This document shows positions 36,768 to 50,285 of a DNA stretch of 64,000 nt, piece after piece. A program made the translations under genes and the position numbers. The stretch lies in assembly GCA_964188305.1 (NCBI GenBank), contig OZ076889.1; one strand, given 5' to 3'. Position 1 is the stretch's first letter. Every line of letters begins with the position of its first letter. Source of the stretch: Podarcis bocagei (Eukaryota). The notes under the pieces are model-generated. The model was given only the letters and a program-made list of their open reading frames with translations, was not told the DNA's origin and ran no database searches.

Positions 36768-37971
36768 GGTAAACAAATACCACTTTCTTGTACCCAAGAC
36801 AATGATGGGATCACTAGGAGATCTTCTAGGAGCAGTTAAGCGATATTACATAGAGCTTCAGGATATCAGGCTATTAGAGAGCTCCTGGCACTCATGATGG
36901 GGTAAAGAAGGACAACACAAACTGTGCTGGATGTTAAATTTCTATCAGAGCAGTGGAACCTTCACAGCAGCCGTGCAGTTACTCTGACCATACTAAAGTG
37001 CCATGCAGCATGCAGGCAGCTGTGAATGAACAGTGAATCTTCTGAGACCAGATGTTCGGAGCCTGAGAACAGACAGCAGGAGAATGAAGAGCACAGCTGC
37101 TCATTCACATAAAGTGATCCACATGATATTAGCAGACACTCTTGTCTGCTGAGCATCCCCTTATGTGCACCTGCAACTAAGCGCTGGTAATCTTTACCTT
37201 CCTTTACCTCTGCCTTTCTCTTCCTCTTTTCCCCTGGAAGTCGCTCTATTCCTTGGCTCTCTGTCCTCTTTTTAGCTGCAAATTTTCCTGAAGTTCTTTA
37301 GTCCAAGATGAGAGGGGAGGGAAGTAAGGCAGCAGAAATATGAGAAAGAGGTTTTGGTGAATGACGAAAAAAGATCTCCAAGCTGAAAGAAAGCACACCA
37401 TTTGAATGAACCATACATAAGCCCCCAGTATCATCACCCCCTCCTCCTGCAACCCACAGTCTCCATTGCCACGACAGGACACTTGCCAAATAACACAAAA
37501 TCTGCCGATTGATTTTGTGCTTCCAGCTGAATCATTCTGATGACTTAAGGCCTGCAAAGTTTTATGAGCAAAGCCTCCAGGGTGGTTCTGAGGTTTAGGA
37601 GACCCAGGAGGATGTTGTCAAAACATAAAGGAATTGTAGGCAAAGATTTTAGCAAGAGTGTTTCAATAAAGCTTGAGCCACTTGAAAACAAATTATTTGC
37701 CCCAACAGAGCTCAGACTTGAGGCCATTTGTTTCACAGTTCTGGTTGCCTCACCTCAAAAAGAACATTGCAGAGCTGGAAAAGGTTCAGAGAAGGCCAAC
37801 AACCATGATCCAAGGGATGAAACAATTTCCCTATGAGGAAAGGTTGCAACACTTTGGGCTTTTACATTTAGATGGGGGCACATGATGGAGGTGTATAAGT
37901 GGAAAGAGAAGTATTTCTTCCCATGAGCTTGGAGCCATCTATGAAGCAGAATGCTGGAAGAAAAGAAAGTA

Positions 37972-38202
37972 CAGTGGTACCTCTGGTTAAGAACTTAATT
38001 CGTTCTGGAGGTCCGTTCTTAACCTGAAACTGTTTTTAACCTGAGGTACCACTTTAGCTAATGGGGCCTCCTGCTGCCGCTGCACGATTTCTCTTCTCAT
38101 CCTGAAGCAAAGTTCTTAACCCGAGGTACTCTTTCTGGGTTAGCAGAGTCTGTAACCTGAAATGTCTGTAACCTGAAGCGTCTGTAACCTGAGGTACCAC
38201 TG
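37972..38202. mobile_element. Tc1/mariner-type MITE, family A
   Basis: TIRs and a TA TSD. Confidence 0.92.
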
Positions 38203-38299
38203 TAATTCTTCTTACAGCCCATAGTTCAGCTGTGGAATTTGCTGCCACAAGAAGTAGATGGACACCAACACCAAGGGCTTTAAAAGAGGATTAGACAAA

Positions 38300-38710
38300 T
38301 GGCAGGATCCCCAAGGACATGCTCTATGGGGAGCTAGCTTCTGGCACCAGGCCGATTGGCTGACCAACTCCGCACCACAAAGATGCCTGCCAATGTGACA
38401 AGAAGGCTGGCAAGATCAGCCCTGCCATGTGGGTATTCCTTGCAGATGACCGCAATGTCTGGAGACAGGCAGTCAAGTTGTGCATCCATAGCAGTGACCA
38501 GAGGAGAAATGACCGCTAGGAAGAGGGCAGAGAGAAGAAATGCCATGGTGCATCTGCAGCAGCACAACCAGATGCCTTCATTTGCCCCAGCTACAACAAA
38601 ACATGTCTCTCCTGTATCAGTCCCTACAGCTTCAGAAGTCGCTAAAACCTCCAACAGCTTGGAGGCGCACTCCTCCACTGTCTCCTGAGACAGACAGAGG
38701 CCAGCCAACC
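38300..38710 (+). mobile_element. RTE-clade LINE 3' fragment
   Basis: Translation GRIPKDMLYGELASGTRPIG*PT...LADDRNVWRQ...FICPSYNKTCLS, typical of the RTE C-terminus. Tail tgtctcctgagacagac...ccaac. Confidence 0.8.
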
Positions 38711-40451
38711 AGATAAATGCATGAAGCTATCAGTGGCTTTGAGCCCCAATGACCTCCATGCTGAAGGCAATTTAGCCTCTGAATACCAGTTGCTCAGAAT
38801 CCTAAGTGCGGCTGCACTCAGGACTTGTTTCAGGGCTTCCCAGAAGTATCTGGTTGGCCACTGCGAGAGCAGGATGTTGCACTACATGTGCCTTCAGCCT
38901 GATCCAGCAGGGCTCTTTTTGTGTACTTAATTAGGCTTAGCACAGGTTCAAGGTACCCAAGTAGGATGGAAGATCCATTGATACTGTTTTTATTTGGTCA
39001 AGAAATACCACTGTGTGAATCATCCCAGCCTTTTTCCTGTTTAAAAGCTTCAGTAGAACTTTGGGGTCCCGCAAGCCCTTGTCTCCTTCAGATCTTTGTG
39101 TCCTCCTTTCCAGGAGATGGCCTCCAGTTCTCCTCCCATAATTTCTTCTTTGGCTTCCTCTCTTCCACACACCCCAATATTCCTTCTCCAGCTCTTCACC
39201 CCCCCTTCTCCTCCCACTTTTCTCTCCCTGTACTTTCCTTGCCCTTGCTCTATATTTTCTCATTCACTGTCTCTTGCACTTCTCTGTCTCTTTCGTTTTA
39301 CACAGACGCCACCCTTCATCTTTCCATGGCATCTCCTCCTTTGGGGCTCTTCACATCCCCCATTTCTATTCCCTCCTCCTCCTCTGGATTCATCTACAAT
39401 CCATCCTTTCCTTTTCTCTCCTCCCCACACCCCTTTATCTCTCCTCCGCTCTCAAGGTCACCCTTCTCTGCAGTCTAATAAATGTCACTTTCTCTAAGGC
39501 CTGCCCTGAATGCGAGGATTTGCCTCCAGTGAAGCAGAACAAACTGAGATGAGAAAACCATTCATCTATATTGACTAAATCCATCCCTGTTTGAGGGTGG
39601 GTGGGGGGAACTGCACAGGGGGTGCCATCTGGGAAGCTTTAGGAATAGGAGGGCACATTATCTTCAGAGCCCAGACTGTTTATCCCTCCTCCCCAAGCTT
39701 TGGGTTTGGATCCCAGCCCCGTAGATCTTTTCCTGCTTTCTAAGCTGTTTGGATACCAAAGGAAACCCCTGGGAGTCTAGCTCTGCCTGTTGTTCATGGT
39801 GTTATGTTATCAGCAGGCTCCTGATTAGTGCACAGAATAAATAACAGTGAGATAATTATCTCCCTGATCACCACTCAGCTGGAGCAAAAGAATCTGCCAG
39901 AGAGTTGGGATAAGAGGAGAACTGCTGTGCCTTTCCAGGGGACCTGTGCATTGCCATCCCTGACATGCTAAAGTTTCAGAGCACTGAGAGAAGGCTCTGC
40001 CTTTTTATCCTCCCTCCTCAGAGTCAGTTCCACCATCCACAGCACAGCTGCATGGGACATTTTTACTGGTGTGGAGAATAAATAGATGGGCAGAGTCAAC
40101 GGTGGATCTTGGCCAGCCTCCTGCCAACCACCATTTAAAAGCAACAACAACACCACAATAATTAAAGAAATATCCACAATATTGGGAGTCACATTTTAGT
40201 CTAAATTCCATGTTAGGTATCCTTCAGGGTTCACCCCTTTGGCCCAAGTTTTAATTCAATTTCAGGAGTGTAAGTGGGTGAAATGAAAGACATTATCTTT
40301 CAATACTGTTTTCAGGTGAAACGATCGGGGTAGGGAAAAGGATGTTCAGACACATATTTGAATACTTCAGCAGGTATTAAAATATTTTTCTTTATCTCTG
40401 TACAGGAATCCTTATTCCTGTATGCTACATTTTTGAAATATGTATTCTGCA

Positions 40452-40462
40452 CTCTCTCTCTT

Positions 40463-40514
<52 letters not shown>

Positions 40515-40520
40515 TGTGTG
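40452..40520. repeat. (CT)n(GT)n compound microsatellite
   Basis: Direct observation. Confidence 0.95.
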
Positions 40521-43286
40521 GCTAGTGACAGATAAGGAGAAAGTGCAGCTCAGCAGGCAGGATTAGAGGATGGATTATGTAAAGTTAACAGGGACCAGAA
40601 ATTACAGGAGGAAGAGTTAGTACATTGCTCTCCATCCCAACCCCTCAGCTAATCCCCCTGGTGATCAAAAACACAGAAATATGCTACCCTTGACTGGGAT
40701 GTGAAAGTTGGCTGGTTTTACATGGAGCAGATGAATCCAGAGTATTAGAAGACAACTAATCTGAACTGCAGTGTAACCTGCTGGGAAGGAAGCACCAGCA
40801 TGAGACAGCACGGGGAATTTATTTGGTGTATCCTTAAGCACCACTGAGATTCTGGCTGCATGAACAGGTTAGGGTGTGTATGAGACTGTCAGCATCCCCT
40901 TGGGACGATCAAGAGTAGCTCTTTTTTTAAATATTCAGTGTAACGTGGACAAGGCAGTGGAACTTGTTGCATGGAGCAGCTACTGCTCCACCAACATTTA
41001 AACCTATGCTTGCTCTACATTTGAGGACCAAACTACAGTACACATGTATATTACTGTAGCCCAAGGGTGGGGAAAATTCAGGCCCCAGGGACTGAACTGC
41101 TGTGAAACTAATGAAGCTTAAGAAGCTTCAGGGACCCAATCCCAGAGGAATCCAGAAGAGACTTTAGTCCACACTGCTTAAAATTTTGGAGTTGAGCAGA
41201 CCCAAATTGAGTCACACAACTCAAATTGATTTATTTATTTTTCTGGTATATATTTTAACAATCCCCAAATTTGAGTCGGTAGCACAGATGTTGTAAAGGT
41301 GGAGTGTTACGGTATGTTGGCTGTTCTACTGTGACTAATGTAATTGTCTTCCCTTTTTAACAGAGGTAAAGACCCTAGAGAAACAACAGTGAGTTCACAA
41401 AGGACTTAAGTGAATACTCAAAAACGGAAAGTCATGGAAAATTTGTGGTGGTCTGTTGTGGAACAACCCCATTGAAGAAGATAAGTGGTTAGCCAGACCT
41501 TGTTGCTGGTTGAGAATGGGCCCCCCAAAAGTAGGTCCACGACTGTCAGGCCCAGCGGTCAAATTCCAAATACCATTCCAAATATGACCCTCCATTCCAT
41601 GAAGAATATGACCCTTCTTCATCTGACTTGGAACTCCTCCATGGCCCTTTTGCCCTTCCTAGGCGACACATCTTACCAGCCCTGCTCCATGCCCTCCTCA
41701 AATGGTTTTGCCTGGCTGGAATGGGTCCATAGAATCACATTCTATGAGATATACCAGCAGGCTTGGGAAAATCGCAAGGTTTGCAGAAGTAGAGAAAAAT
41801 CCCTAGGAAGAAAAGAAACCTCAGAATGGTGCAATGAGAACTAAGTGTTGCACATGCTCAGTGAGCATGGTATGCTGAATGTTGCAAGGGGAGTGGAAAA
41901 TCGGAGAGTGAACGGAATGGAGCAATATTCTGAAAGAAGGTACAGCCAGCTGGAACACAGTGCCCTTCAACTGTGGCAAAGATGGGGAGCCGGTGGCCCT
42001 CCAGATGGTTCTGGACTCCAATTTCCAACATCCCTGACCATTGACCAAGCCGGTTGCGACTGAATGGAGAGTCCAATAGCATCTGAAGTCTGGACAGCCA
42101 AAGGTTCCCCATCCCTATTTTATGTGCTGTCGTAGAGGTACCCAATCGTATGTCGTCAGGCTGCAACTCCCCTCTGCTCCAGCCAGCATGGACGGTGGGA
42201 GTTGTAGTCCAACAACATGTGGGAGGTCAACACATTGTTGACCCTCAAACTATAGGCAGCAGTTCCGCCTTATTCATTCTCAGGGATTTCTGCTTGAATA
42301 AACTGTCTTCCGTTCAGACTATCCTACTAGGTGGCCATTTGGTTCTCTTGCAATAGCGCAGTTCACACAAGGTATATTTTACTTCCTACAGGGAAAACAG
42401 GCCCATTCTGCTCTAAGGCCTGTGTCTGGCTCCTCACCATTTGCCTGCTCCACGCCTGATAATGCCTCTGGTGCTCACAAATGAGGAGGCCCTGTTATTC
42501 CATAATTCTGCACTTGATTGAGGGTCCCCCACCCCATCACTGAATATTTAAGCTGCTTAGTGTTCCTTTTTAAACAGTCACTGTCTGTGACACTTTTTTT
42601 ATTAAAAAAAAGTGGTCTTCAGTCCCATCTTAAGCAAGGATTCTGTTGCACCGCTCCTGCGCGGAGCCGGTTGCCATGGCAGTGCTGCACTGTTACTAGG
42701 TTGCTGTCATCTGCTTTCAGGATCCTGCTGGGTAAAACGGTGTTGATAAAAAGGTACTGGCTCATGTATATATAAAAGGAGGGCCTCAAGTCAGCTCCAT
42801 CTTTTAAGCGAAGAGGTGAAGGTACAGAAATGGCCAGGGGGCGGGGCGTTCAAACAAAACGAAAGGGGCCTGAAATGCATGTGTGGGAGAGCGGATGAGA
42901 GTCTCTGTCAAATTGTTCTTGGAAGTCATTTAGGTGTTAGTGACTGCTGCCTGGCTGGCAGAGCGGGGAAAATACCACAGCCTCAAGCTCTCTTGTGCAA
43001 TCCGGGGGGAAACCACTTTCACACTAGCATTAGGATTTTTAAAATGCTCCTAAAATGGCTGCAAAGCTTCTGTGCCAAGAATAGTAAGGATTGGTAAGCA
43101 GGTGTTTGAAGAGCCATCACTCACAGTGCTGTTGCGGGTTGATGTGATGGAACACAAAGCCACAAGTCTCCTTTCCTGAGGTATTTTCTTTTCTGTGCAA
43201 TGTACATCTGGAACTGGACTGACCCAAGAGTTACAAAAAGTCTCCTTATGGCTGAGAGTCACAGTTCTTGCCTCTGAACCAAGTTG

Positions 43287-43610
43287 TAAAGGTAAAGGTA
43301 CCCTTGATCATTAGGTCCAGTCGTGGACGACTCTGGGGTTGCACGCTCATCTTGCTCTATAGGCCGAGGGAGCCAGCGTTTGTCCACAGACAGCTTCTGG
43401 GTCATGTGGCCAGCATGACTAAGCCACTTCTGGTGAACCAGAGCAGCACACGGAAACACTGTTTACCTTCCCGCTGGAGCAGTACCTATTTATTTACTTG
43501 ACCTTGATGTGCTTTTGTTGGCAGGAGCAGGGACCGAGCAACGGGAGCTCACCCCGTCATGGACTGGCAAGCCCTAGGCTCTGTGGTTTAGACCACAGTG
43601 CCACCCACGC
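43287..43610 (-). mobile_element. Sauria SINE, near full length
   Basis: Tail taaaggtaaagg, diagnostic core, and head ...gtggtttagaccacagtgccacc. Confidence 0.88.
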
Positions 43611-44759
43611 TGTATCTTGGTGTAATAAGTACTTTTCAGTTCTTGTTTAGCCTCCTGATTGGTGTGCCCTCTAAGCTTCCTATGACAACCCCCTTCTGTT
43701 TTGGTCTTTTGCAGCCAGGCGAAGGCTACGTGCCAATACATTGCTAGTGGGGGCTTCCCTTTGCAAACCAATGCAGACATTGCTGACTCTATTGATTTAC
43801 ACGATTGAGAAGGTTCATACCCAAAATTAGCATACAAATATAGAATATAGAAATCAAATTTCAAATCTTGTCAAATCAAATACTGACACCACACACAAAA
43901 TATATAGTCACCATCTGAGCCTTGGGTGAATCTGTTGAATAAGATTCGGCACTAGTATTTGCAGAGGAGAGACTTGTTGCCCAGGGGCGGGGAAGAGCAG
44001 GGCAGGAGGGAATTCATTTGAGCTCTGTTCAGGTTTATATTCCAACTACTGTACTGCAACCTTCTCCTCTTGGCACTAGCTCCAAATTGGCCCTGATGTC
44101 CTTGCTAAATGATAATGCTTCCTTTCCTCTGGATTTCCACATCCTTTCACCACTCATTTGCTCTCCCCACTTATTTTATCTTGCCTATAGTTGGCTGCAG
44201 AGCCTGTTGGCTGCCCGCCCTTCTCGTAATCACTCCTTCAGGTCCCAAAAATTATATTCAGCAAAACCTTCCTTCTCAAATGCTTGCTATTTTCCCAAGG
44301 AGAAGCCCAGTCTACCAAACTCTCCCCAGCAACAACATCACTATTTTTCCATCTCTGCCTCCCCACCCTCCTGCTCCTCCTGCATCACCAATTATTTTGC
44401 AGCAATCAGAAAGGAAAGAGAAATAGGCATCTTCTTTTCTCCTACCAGTTCAGAAAGAATTGTCTCTCCACTTTATTGACTGGGTGGCAGCCTTAGCAAT
44501 GAAAAACAACAGCCACAGGAAACCAGAATGACCTTCCAGAGCAGAGCTGCTTCATCCCAAGAAGAAACAACAAATGCTAATAAATGTAGGAGGTTTGCAT
44601 GGTGCTGTGTCTGCTTCTAGATCCTTGCTAATTTATGTTTTCATGTACATATAGTTTGAAGAAAACCTCATTGCTCTAAACTGAGTCTCATGCTTGCTGG
44701 AATTTCTACAGGTAATGGAGACTTAGTCAGAAGTGACTACATTTGCATATAGAATATAT

Positions 44760-44973
44760 CAGGGGTGCCAGAGGGCCAGATTTGATGAAGTGAACATGTG
44801 TGAGGGCCGACCAAAGCTGTTGAGCTTTTTTTAGGATTGAAGTTGTTTTAAATGCTCCTAAAACTGCTGAAAAGCTTCTGTATCAAGAATGGTAAGGATT
44901 GGTGAGGATTTTACCCCAGGACATATACTGCCACAGGGGCCAGATTAAATCAAACAGACTTTGGACATGCCTG
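44760..44973. mobile_element. hAT MITE containing a segment similar to 43037-43098
   Basis: CAGGGGTG...GGACATGCCTG, with TSD GAATATAT at 44752-44759 and 44974-44981. Confidence 0.8.
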
Positions 44974-45284
44974 GAATATATAGTTGGTAACTAGGATTTA
45001 AATGGTTCAAAAATGGAGGACTTACAGAAATGAGAGCACTATGATACATGTGCATATTATTCAAGAATCAAAAAGAAAGTATGTTTCAAAAATACTGTTT
45101 TCACTAACATGCACATTCAATGGATGACCAGTTAATTTATTAAAACTCAAGAGTTAATCAAGTAAATTTTTTTTTTTAAATCAAGTTGCAGCTCTAATGA
45201 TCAAGTTTTTGCTGCTGCGTTCTTCCTAAAATGGCATGGCTCTTGGTCAGCTATGCAGAAAGCAACAATGCCCAGTGTTTACTT

Positions 45285-45420
45285 CAGTGGTGGCCAAACT
45301 TGGCCCGCCAGCTGTTTTGGAACTACAGTTCCCATCATCCCTGACCACTGGTCCTGTTAGCTAGGGATGATGGGAGTTGTAGTCCAAAAACAGCTGGAGG
45401 GCCACATTTGGCCACCACTG
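45285..45420. mobile_element. Palindromic hAT MITE
   Basis: CAGTGGTGGCCAAA...TTTGGCCACCACTG, with TSD GTTTACT[T/G]. Confidence 0.88.
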
Positions 45421-46229
45421 GTTTACTGTATTGAACTTCTCTAGGGTATATTAGATCTATTTGGGAGGTGGTGGTGGCATTAACTTGAGAATGGGTCTCA
45501 CCGAGTGCTTCAACAGTCCCTCTGCAATTCTTTCAGGAACTGGATGTTCTCCAGCATCACGTCCAAGTCTCTACACTTTATCCACTCTAGGGACTTCAGT
45601 CTGTGCTGACGGTTGCTTCCCACTGTTACAGATGCCTTTAGAATCAGAACAGGTTATGCAGTCCTTCAAACAGACAGCTTATTCCTTTCAATAGGAACTG
45701 CCATGTAAAAAGATGTCTGTTTTTTTAAAGACCACTACCAGTGCTATCACATCCAGCCATTAATGCAGATAGCTACCATGCAGGTATTCCTGTGAGTTGC
45801 ACAGCACCACAAATTGAATCTAAGCAAGGTCTGATTTTGCTGCCCCTCATTTTGCTTCCCCTGCTCTAACCACATCTTCACAAGGCTACCATAAATCCTT
45901 GCAGTGACTTTGACTTAGGCCTGACCACCCTTATATCCAGAGAGAGAAATAATCACTAATGTACTGGTTTGCACTAAAAATCTCTGCCCAGATAGCAATC
46001 ATAGGTGGCTGTGGAAGTTTCCTCTGCCTGCAAGAGTATCTATATTAATTTCCATGGTTGGACCTGATCCCTGTGTGCAAAGAAAGAAATGCAGTTCAGA
46101 CCCCCCCTACAATTCACAGAAAGGACCCTATAGAAAATAACTTTGAACTGGGCTGCATACGTTTGGCTCATGCATGTGCAATATGCAGACTAGATCAGTC
46201 ACAAATGCAGAGTGTTCTCACATCTAGAG

Positions 46230-46357
46230 CAAGGATACCCAACGCGATGCTCTCCAGATGTTGCTGGACTGCAGCTCCCCTCACCCCTGACCTTGCTGGT
46301 TGGGACAGGAGTGTTGAAGTCCATTAACACCTGGAGGGTACCACATTGGCTACCCGG
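46230..46357. mobile_element. Degenerate palindromic hAT MITE
   Basis: TSD ATCTAGA[G/T]. Interior ctccagatgttgctggact...cacctggag. Confidence 0.65.
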
Positions 46358-46420
46358 ATCTAGATACTCTATTCAGTTATCTATCTCTGGAAGTCAATGA
46401 AAGGTCAACATTTTAGGGGG

Positions 46421-46451
<31 letters not shown>

Positions 46452-47479
46452 AAGCTTAAGGGATCCAACCACCAAGCTGTGACATAACAAGCTTAAGGGG
46501 ATGATCACTGCCGATTACAGGATTCTAATTAAATGGAGTATCCAGCTTGGGTGTGGATAATTCCTGTTATGTAAAAAAGGCACCCACTCCTACTTACCTC
46601 TCTCTCCCTAACCTCTTTTGTAAGCTAGAGTTGCTTTCCAGCAGCAGGGGTGTTATTTTTCAGCTGAGAAGGTCAAGACTGACTTTCCAGGATGAGCCAG
46701 ACACCAATATCCACAAGAGATCAAAAGGCGCAGTAGCACACAGAGTTGCTTTGCAACCTCATTGACAAGGATACGAGCCCTTTCTTTCCTTCGCCTCTGG
46801 GATCAGGTACTCTCTGGAACTAAGGCCTGTTCACGTGATCAGTTATCCTGAGAAAATAATTATTGGACTTTCCTAAACCTTAAATTTATTTACATTCCAA
46901 AAGGTGGGCAAGGTCAGGGGCTGCTGAAGTGCTTCTTTTTCCACCCAGAGCAAATTATCATGAATCTTAAGAACAGCAGGGTTGCTTCCTCTGAAATGCA
47001 GAGGTGGGTGCAGTTTGTAGTATCTATACCATAGAGCAGGGGTCTTCCAACCTTCTTGAGCCTGGAGACACACCTGGATATTTAGGAAACAGACATGGGC
47101 AGCACAAAGTACCCATTTCATTGGAGAAAAACTGGTGATGCTCTTCCCACCCCCAAAATAGGCAAAATTAAATTTCCAGAAGCAAGTCAAACACGGGGGG
47201 GACGGGACAGGAAATGCTCCCCTAGACAGACACCCCCCATCCAACCAAAAAAGCCAAAACATCTCATTTTTAAAGAAAGAATAAAAACTGGGAGGGAGGC
47301 CAGGGGCTATGGCAAGATACCAAAGGCATAGAGAAGCACAATGACCTGTGAATAACCCAGGATAGTCAGCAGAGGGCATGTGAGTGAAACACAATGGGTT
47401 TCCTTGTTCATGTAGGCAGGGCTGTTGTCTCAGAATTGTTCTCTGAATTTTCATTGTGCAAATTAGCACTGATCTACAC

Positions 47480-47660
47480 AGGAAGCTGCCTGTCCATATA
47501 GCCCAATTTTGTCTGCTCTGACTGGCAATGACTCTCCAGGGTGCCAGGCAGAGGGTTTTTTTTTTCCTTATCATGTGCTACCCAAACCTTTTAATGGGAG
47601 AGGCCAGGGACTGAGCTTGGAACCTTCTGCATGAGCTCTGCCACTGAGCTATGGTCCCTC
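47480..47660 (-). mobile_element. tRNA-derived SINE with a CR1-type tail
   Basis: ggaagctgcc...ctgactggca...ctccagggt...gaaccttctgcatg...gccactgagctatgg. Confidence 0.65.
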
Positions 47661-49696
47661 CTGCCCCCCCTCCACGCTGATGTATTTTTAAGAGCAACTG
47701 GGAATTGCAAAGAGCAAAAGGAAATCATTGCAACTGTTAATCGAAGTATCAAAGTGCTTTCATTATAGATTAAAAATAATGTATGCTTCCTCTTATTATT
47801 GTTATTATGATGGACAACAGCATTAGCTCTCCACCCTAGTTGAACTTGTGTGAGCACCAACAAACAGGCAAAGGGCTCTTTCCAGTTTCTTCTCCCCAAC
47901 AGAAACTCAGGCAAAGGTCCAAACTAAATGGTTTTTAAGTATCAACAGCAGTTTTTTTTGGGGGGGGGCAGGGGGATAGGTAAGCCTCCCTCCAGACCAT
48001 GGGTCCAGTCCAAACTAAGGCCCTTGCCGTAGCTATTGATACTCTATAAATATCCTCTGAACCAGCATTTTCTCCTTATATTATGGGGTATGGTTATACT
48101 AAGTCTCAAAAAGCAGCTGAGGTGCAGAACAAACATAATTGCTATTCTCATGGACAGAGGGAGGGATGCAGTTTGTTTGTGTGTCCACAGAAATTGACTA
48201 ACCAATGAATTTGAAGCAAGGGGGCCACCATTTCCTAAGCCCTGATGTCTTGCTTCAGTCATGGTACAAGGTTTGTGGTGGTGGCAGCATTCCCCCTTTT
48301 CCAAAACAAAAGCAAAAATCCTCTCCTTCTCTTTGGCATTAAACATCACCACCCCATTCCTACCACTGATGTTACCTCTATGCCTGCAGAACCAAAGCAC
48401 TGAGGGTACATCCTATGGTCCTTCAGCCAGTGTTTAGCCAGCTTTAGAATGGCATCCAGCATAAATTCATAGCACATGACTTCCCCCAAAAGAATTATGT
48501 ATATTCCCCCTCATGGAGCTACGATTCCCAGTACCGTTAACAAACTATAGTTCCCAGAATTCTTTGGAGGAAGTCGTGTGTTGGACGTGCTTCAAATGTA
48601 CAGTGTGGATCTGCCCTAAGTTGCATAGCAGGCCTTTCAGCTATCCATATCATAGAAAAAGCAAAGTGCATTAGCTAGAAATGTTTAAAGTTCCTTTAAT
48701 TTCATTTAAGGCTGCATCTCTAACTTTGTTTTTCTCCCTCACCTTCTAAGAAATTAGGCATTCAAGAAAGGGACCTCTTTTAGTTAATTAATCAATTACA
48801 CTGATGCTTTTGATCATCTTAAAAGGAACTTTAATAATTCAAACAGCAATTTTTAAAGAAAATTATTTCTAATGTAAGTGCTTGGAAAAAATAGCAACGA
48901 CTAGCACCATCTTAAAAGAGCATTCTAAAAAACAAAGGCAGTTTCCTTCAGCATTGCTTTCATGTGCATGCAAATTATATGTACATTTAATTGGTTAATT
49001 AACCAACTAAAATGCATGCAATTAATTGACTACTCTTTTTATTTTTAATCAGTTCACAGCCCTAGTTTCCTTGCCTAAACACTTTTGCCTGTCTTCCCAG
49101 GTAAACAAACTCATTGTATGAAGCATAAAATATCCAGTCATGACAGCCAACCCACCCACATTGTTTAACACATTGTGTTATCAGAAGAAACTGCCCTCCA
49201 GGTGTTTGTCCCGGGGCAAAAAAAAGCCATAGGTATAGGATTCCAGAGTGGGACCACCACAGTGCAAAGGTTAAATCTTCACTCTTCCCTCCCCCACTTC
49301 TCACTGTCCTGAGCCCCCTGTCTACCCCATATCTAGATACAGCGTCCTCTAACAGAATAATCGAACCATTGAATTTCTGTCCTCTGATCAGCCTGACTTT
49401 GATCGATGGTTGCAACCAAATTCCAGAAACTAATAAATGACAGAAACGGGCAGCTACACCCCACTCCTTTAATTCTTGCCTGACTGAGCATAGCAACCTT
49501 CTTTAACCTGGTGCCCTTTAAATTCTATTGGACTACCACCCCTACCACCCCAACCATTGGGCAGGCTGGCTGGGGCTGATGGGAGTTGTAATCAAAAACA
49601 ATGGGAGGGTGAAGGACGATGTATGGCCTCTTGTGACATGTTTGCAGAGAGTAGAACAGGGGTGGGGACCCTTTGGCCCTCCAGCTGCTTCTGAAC

Positions 49697-49832
49697 CAGT
49701 GCTATATTTTTTTTTCAGAAAAAAGGTGCCAGAACTCACCATGAACACCTTCCTGTTCTCTTATAATGGCGCCCACCTGAGAGGTGCTGGAACTGAGTTC
49801 CGGCAAGTTCCGGCTGGGGAAAAAAAGCCCTG
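49697..49832. mobile_element. hAT MITE nested in another hAT MITE remnant
   Basis: CAGTGCT...AGCCCTG, with TSD TTCTGAAC on both sides. Confidence 0.8.
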
Positions 49833-49934
49833 TTCTGAACTACAACTCCAACACCTGGAACAGAGAATGGACTCCTTTAAATGAGCCTGCTTCTATAGTG
49901 GCTATTATTTTAAGGTGAGGCAAGGAAATTGCCA

Positions 49935-50285
49935 GGGGACATGGGTGGTGCTGTGGGTTAAACCACAGAGCCTAGGACTTGCCAATCAGAAGGTCGGCGG
50001 CTTGAATCCCCGCAATGGGGTGAGCTCCTGAGGCTTGGTCCCTGCTCCTGCCAACCTAGCAGTTCGAAAGCACATCAAAGTGCAAGTAGATAAATAGGTA
50101 CCGCTCCGGCTGGAAGGTAAACGCATTTCTGTGTGCTGCTCTGGTTCCCCAGAAGCGGCTTAGTCATGCTGGCCACATGACCCAGAAGCTGTACGCCGGC
50201 TCCCTCGGCCAATAAAGCGAGATGAGTGCCACAACCCCAGAGTCGTCCGCGACTGGACCTAATGGTCAGGGGTCCCTTTACCTTT
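49935..50285 (+). mobile_element. Full-length Sauria SINE
   Basis: Head, core and ACCTTT tail are present. 13-bp TSD AAGGAAATTGCCA at 49922-49934 and 50286-50298. Confidence 0.95.

Larger units (their letters stand above)
37715..38925 (+). mobile_element. Old CR1 3' region hosting a MITE and an RTE insertion
   Basis: QFWLPHLKKNIAELEKVQRRPTTMIQGMKQFPYEERLQHFGL. The CR1 end resumes after each insert. Confidence 0.75.

Noticed and set aside
38921-39552. Overlapping Ser/Pro/Phe/Leu-rich ORFs
   Set aside because: Pyrimidine-rich low-complexity DNA that lacks stop codons by composition.
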